DNA of 29,411 nt from positions 1 to 29,411 of the forward strand of contig PRDI01000072.1 of the NCBI GenBank assembly GCA_003345595.1, given 5' to 3'. The translations under genes were made by a program, and so were the position numbers. The DNA comes from Candidatus Thorarchaeota archaeon (GTDB lineage: Archaea > Asgardarchaeota > Thorarchaeia > Thorarchaeales > Thorarchaeaceae). Below, piece after piece: positions 27,327 to 29,411 of this stretch (its first letter is position 1; every line of letters starts with the position of its first letter). The notes under the pieces were generated by a model. That model worked only from the letters and a program-made list of their open reading frames with translations, did not search any database and was not told the origin of the DNA.

Positions 27327-28217
27327 TCAGATTGAAACGGGTCTAACCTTCAAGCCTTCATCCATGCGAATTACCTTCGGGCTCACTCTGCCGGCATAGG
27401 AGGCACTGAACACGCTCATCAGACCACCATCAAAGAACTCCTGAAAACCATCTTCGTACACTTCGTGGCTTCTCACGATCAGCTTAATACTGAGGTCTGA
27501 AGTGAACTCATCGAAGGCAAGGCTGCCAAACTCTCTTGCCCGATCACTCCTGCTGCTTGCTCTGAAGTGGAAGTCTGCCTCTCTCGGATCGTTCCACACC
27601 ATCTGAAATGCAATGTCATCAGGGAAGTTGATATTATGCCTCTCAATCTCAGCTATTTGCTCGCTCGAGTTAACCCCTTCAGGGATGCCACCGTGGCAGG
27701 CAAAAACACCACTTGGACTGAAGGCGGCCAGAGGAAGGGATTCGAACACTTTCAAGTAGCTGTCGAACAGGCCCGGCGAGTAGTGCCTAGATACCTCGGA
27801 GTAGAAACCATAGACCTCTGCAATCTCCTTCGACTCATGGTTTCCTCTTAGCATGAACACCCTATCCGAGTGCTCCAGCGCCAAAGACATCACAAGATTA
27901 AAGGTTTCCACCTGCTGAGGCCCTCTGTCAGCGTAGTCGCCAAGGAAGACGACCGAGTGCTTGGGATGTCGAGCCATCAATTCGCGCACTGCGATTGCCG
28001 ACTTCAGTTCTCCATGCAGGTCTCCAACGTAGAACAGGTTGGACTCTGGGGTAACGACTATGTTAGGCAAATCGGCATTCATGTCGTGCAGCGCACTTGC
28101 CATGCGGCGTATCTCTTCCACAGACAGATCCGGGCGCCATGCGAATTCTGAATCGGTGGGCATAGGACTCTGCTTCAATCCGACTGTGCCAATCTTAAGT
28201 CTTTGTGCCTTCCCCAA
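27327..28217 (-). CDS. PPP-family Ser/Thr protein phosphatase (PP1/PP2A-like)
   Basis: GDLHGE, GDYADRG, LRGNHE, HGGI, WNDP, FG, RSHE and SVFSASY. Alternative start ATG 28163. Confidence 0.92.
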   Translation of the reverse strand: MGKAQRLKIGTVGLKQSPMPTDSEFAWRPDLSVEEIRRMASALHDMNADLPNIVVTPESNLFYVGDLHGELKSAIAVRELMARHPKHSVVFLGDYADRGPQQVETFNLVMSLALEHSDRVFMLRGNHESKEIAEVYGFYSEVSRHYSPGLFDSYLKVFESLPLAAFSPSGVFACHGGIPEGVNSSEQIAEIERHNINFPDDIAFQMVWNDPREADFHFRASSRSDRAREFGSLAFDEFTSDLSIKLIVRSHEVYEDGFQEFFDGGLMSVFSASYAGRVSPKVIRMDEGLKVRPVSI

Positions 28218-28258
28218 TGTGATCTAACAAGCAGATGGTTGAAGAGCCAAACAGACTG

Positions 28259-28762
28259 TTATTCCCAACCTAACGCTCTGAACACGAAGTCAACAGCCGC
28301 CTCAGGTGTCGATGCGGAGTACACCGAGTCGGTTCTCTGGTCGTCAATCCTATCGCCAGCAAGCCTTTGAGCCCAGCCCCCGGATGTTGCGAGCGCCACC
28401 ACGGGCTTCTTAGAGAACCATGCAATAGCCATCTCACTCAGAGTGCCTGCATGTCCTCCAACCGCTATCACTGCGTCACCTGACAACGCCACGAGGAAGT
28501 TCCTCCCACGGCCGAACCCTGATGGAATCGCGATGTCAACAAACCGATTGGCGTCTTTCTTGTCCTCAGAAGGGAGAATGCCTACAGTCACACCGTTACG
28601 CTTCTTCGCCCCGCGACAGGCGGCTTCCATCGCACCCCCGAGACCGCCACATACAAGCACAACACCCCTTCTTGCAATCTCCTCGCCTACCTTCTCTGCC
28701 ATCTTCGACGCAGTTTCGTCAACCTCTGAACCGCCAATAACTGAGATAGCTCTTAGGGGCAT
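28259..28762 (-). CDS. LOG-family (TIGR00725-like) Rossmann-fold protein
   Basis: CGGLGGAMEAACRGA, TVGILP, RNFLV and GGHAGTLSE motifs. Confidence 0.88.
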   Translation of the reverse strand: MPLRAISVIGGSEVDETASKMAEKVGEEIARRGVVLVCGGLGGAMEAACRGAKKRNGVTVGILPSEDKKDANRFVDIAIPSGFGRGRNFLVALSGDAVIAVGGHAGTLSEMAIAWFSKKPVVALATSGGWAQRLAGDRIDDQRTDSVYSASTPEAAVDFVFRALGWE

Positions 28763-28765
28763 TTG

Positions 28766-29411
28766 TCATCCGCACTCTTCCCATTGACCACTGCGTGCAT
28801 CGCCCCGGTGAAGCTTGCTCTTTAGCATATTGTAGGCGGAAACCGGCAGTCGTCCATCCCGGACTCTCACACCAGCCTCCTCTAGTAGGGTCCGACGTTC
28901 CCATGGGTCGAAGCGGCGTGAGCCATCTCGTGGCAGGAAGTTCGAACACCGCGACGCGCAACTTATCTGAGATTCCACATCACGGGGCAAGTCCTTTCTA
29001 ACCAAGGCATTCAGCTTCGCCATTGTAAGAAGGGCCCGTGACCCGATTCTGTCACCCGACCATCCTTTGTCCAAACCCACTATACAGATTCGTGATTCCC
29101 TCTTGCACTCACGAATGCACTGTTCGCACACGAAGGAATTGAAAAGCACAGTTCCGGTTTTGAGGTCCAGCCTTGCGACACCCTCCCGGAAGGGAATGAT
29201 ACATACCGACTGAGTTGCTTCGACGCCGAGTGAGTAGCCTAGCTGTCTGATCTCTGCAATCTCCTCATCAGTATTCAGAGGCAATACGTGTTGCTCCGGT
29301 AACACTGCAAACTCAGGGCAAGCATTGTCGTCAAGTAGAACGAGAAGAGGGGGATGCAGACCTTCCTCCTGTTGTTTCGGCAGTGTCCCGGCAAGTATCT
29401 CGAGACTCTGA
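28766..29411 (-). CDS. Hypothetical Cys-rich protein, partial at the 5' end
   Basis: The frame stays open upstream of GTG 29305 to the window edge (QSLEILAGTLPKQQEEGLHPPLLVLLDDNACPEFAVLPEQ...). The stop lies 3 nt before the LOG start. Contains CEQCIRECKRESRIC and CASRC. Confidence 0.7.
   Translation of the reverse strand, partial: QSLEILAGTLPKQQEEGLHPPLLVLLDDNACPEFAVLPEQHVLPLNTDEEIAEIRQLGYSLGVEATQSVCIIPFREGVARLDLKTGTVLFNSFVCEQCIRECKRESRICIVGLDKGWSGDRIGSRALLTMAKLNALVRKDLPRDVESQISCASRCSNFLPRDGSRRFDPWERRTLLEEAGVRVRDGRLPVSAYNMLKSKLHRGDARSGQWEECG

Noticed and set aside
1-29411. CRISPR array, tRNA, rRNA, transposase, selenocysteine read-through
   Set aside because: No spaced direct repeats, cloverleafs or transposase motifs; the TGA stops inspected fall at natural protein ends.

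Overview
Archaeal chromosomal window (TATA-like boxes, GGTGA-type Shine-Dalgarno sites, archaeal/eukaryote-type TyrRS and PPP phosphatase). The gene content and the sequon-rich giant membrane proteins suggest an Asgard lineage such as Thorarchaeia; this is inference only. Left (minus strand): a PadR-family regulator with two palindromic operators heading a heterodimeric ABC exporter (the second subunit runs off the window and is missing from the ORF track), plus a metallophosphoesterase. Centre (plus strand, 16.5 kb): two translationally coupled, paralogous giant type-I membrane proteins (2888 and 2600 aa). They have colinear 17-repeat Ig-like stalks matched to about 5 residues in about 1800 and conserved 190/189-aa cytoplasmic tails. 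They differ mainly by a 6-bladed NHL propeller inserted into the head of the first, and form a candidate heterodimeric surface receptor/adhesin. Right (minus strand): a truncated Cys-rich ORF, a LOG-family protein, a PPP phosphatase, then a DUF362 / polyprenyl-phosphate phosphoribosyltransferase / PHP / flippase cassette (candidate lipid-linked pentose glycosylation pathway), and an opisthokont-like TyrRS with a structured leader. No rRNA, tRNA, CRISPR array or mobile element was recognised.
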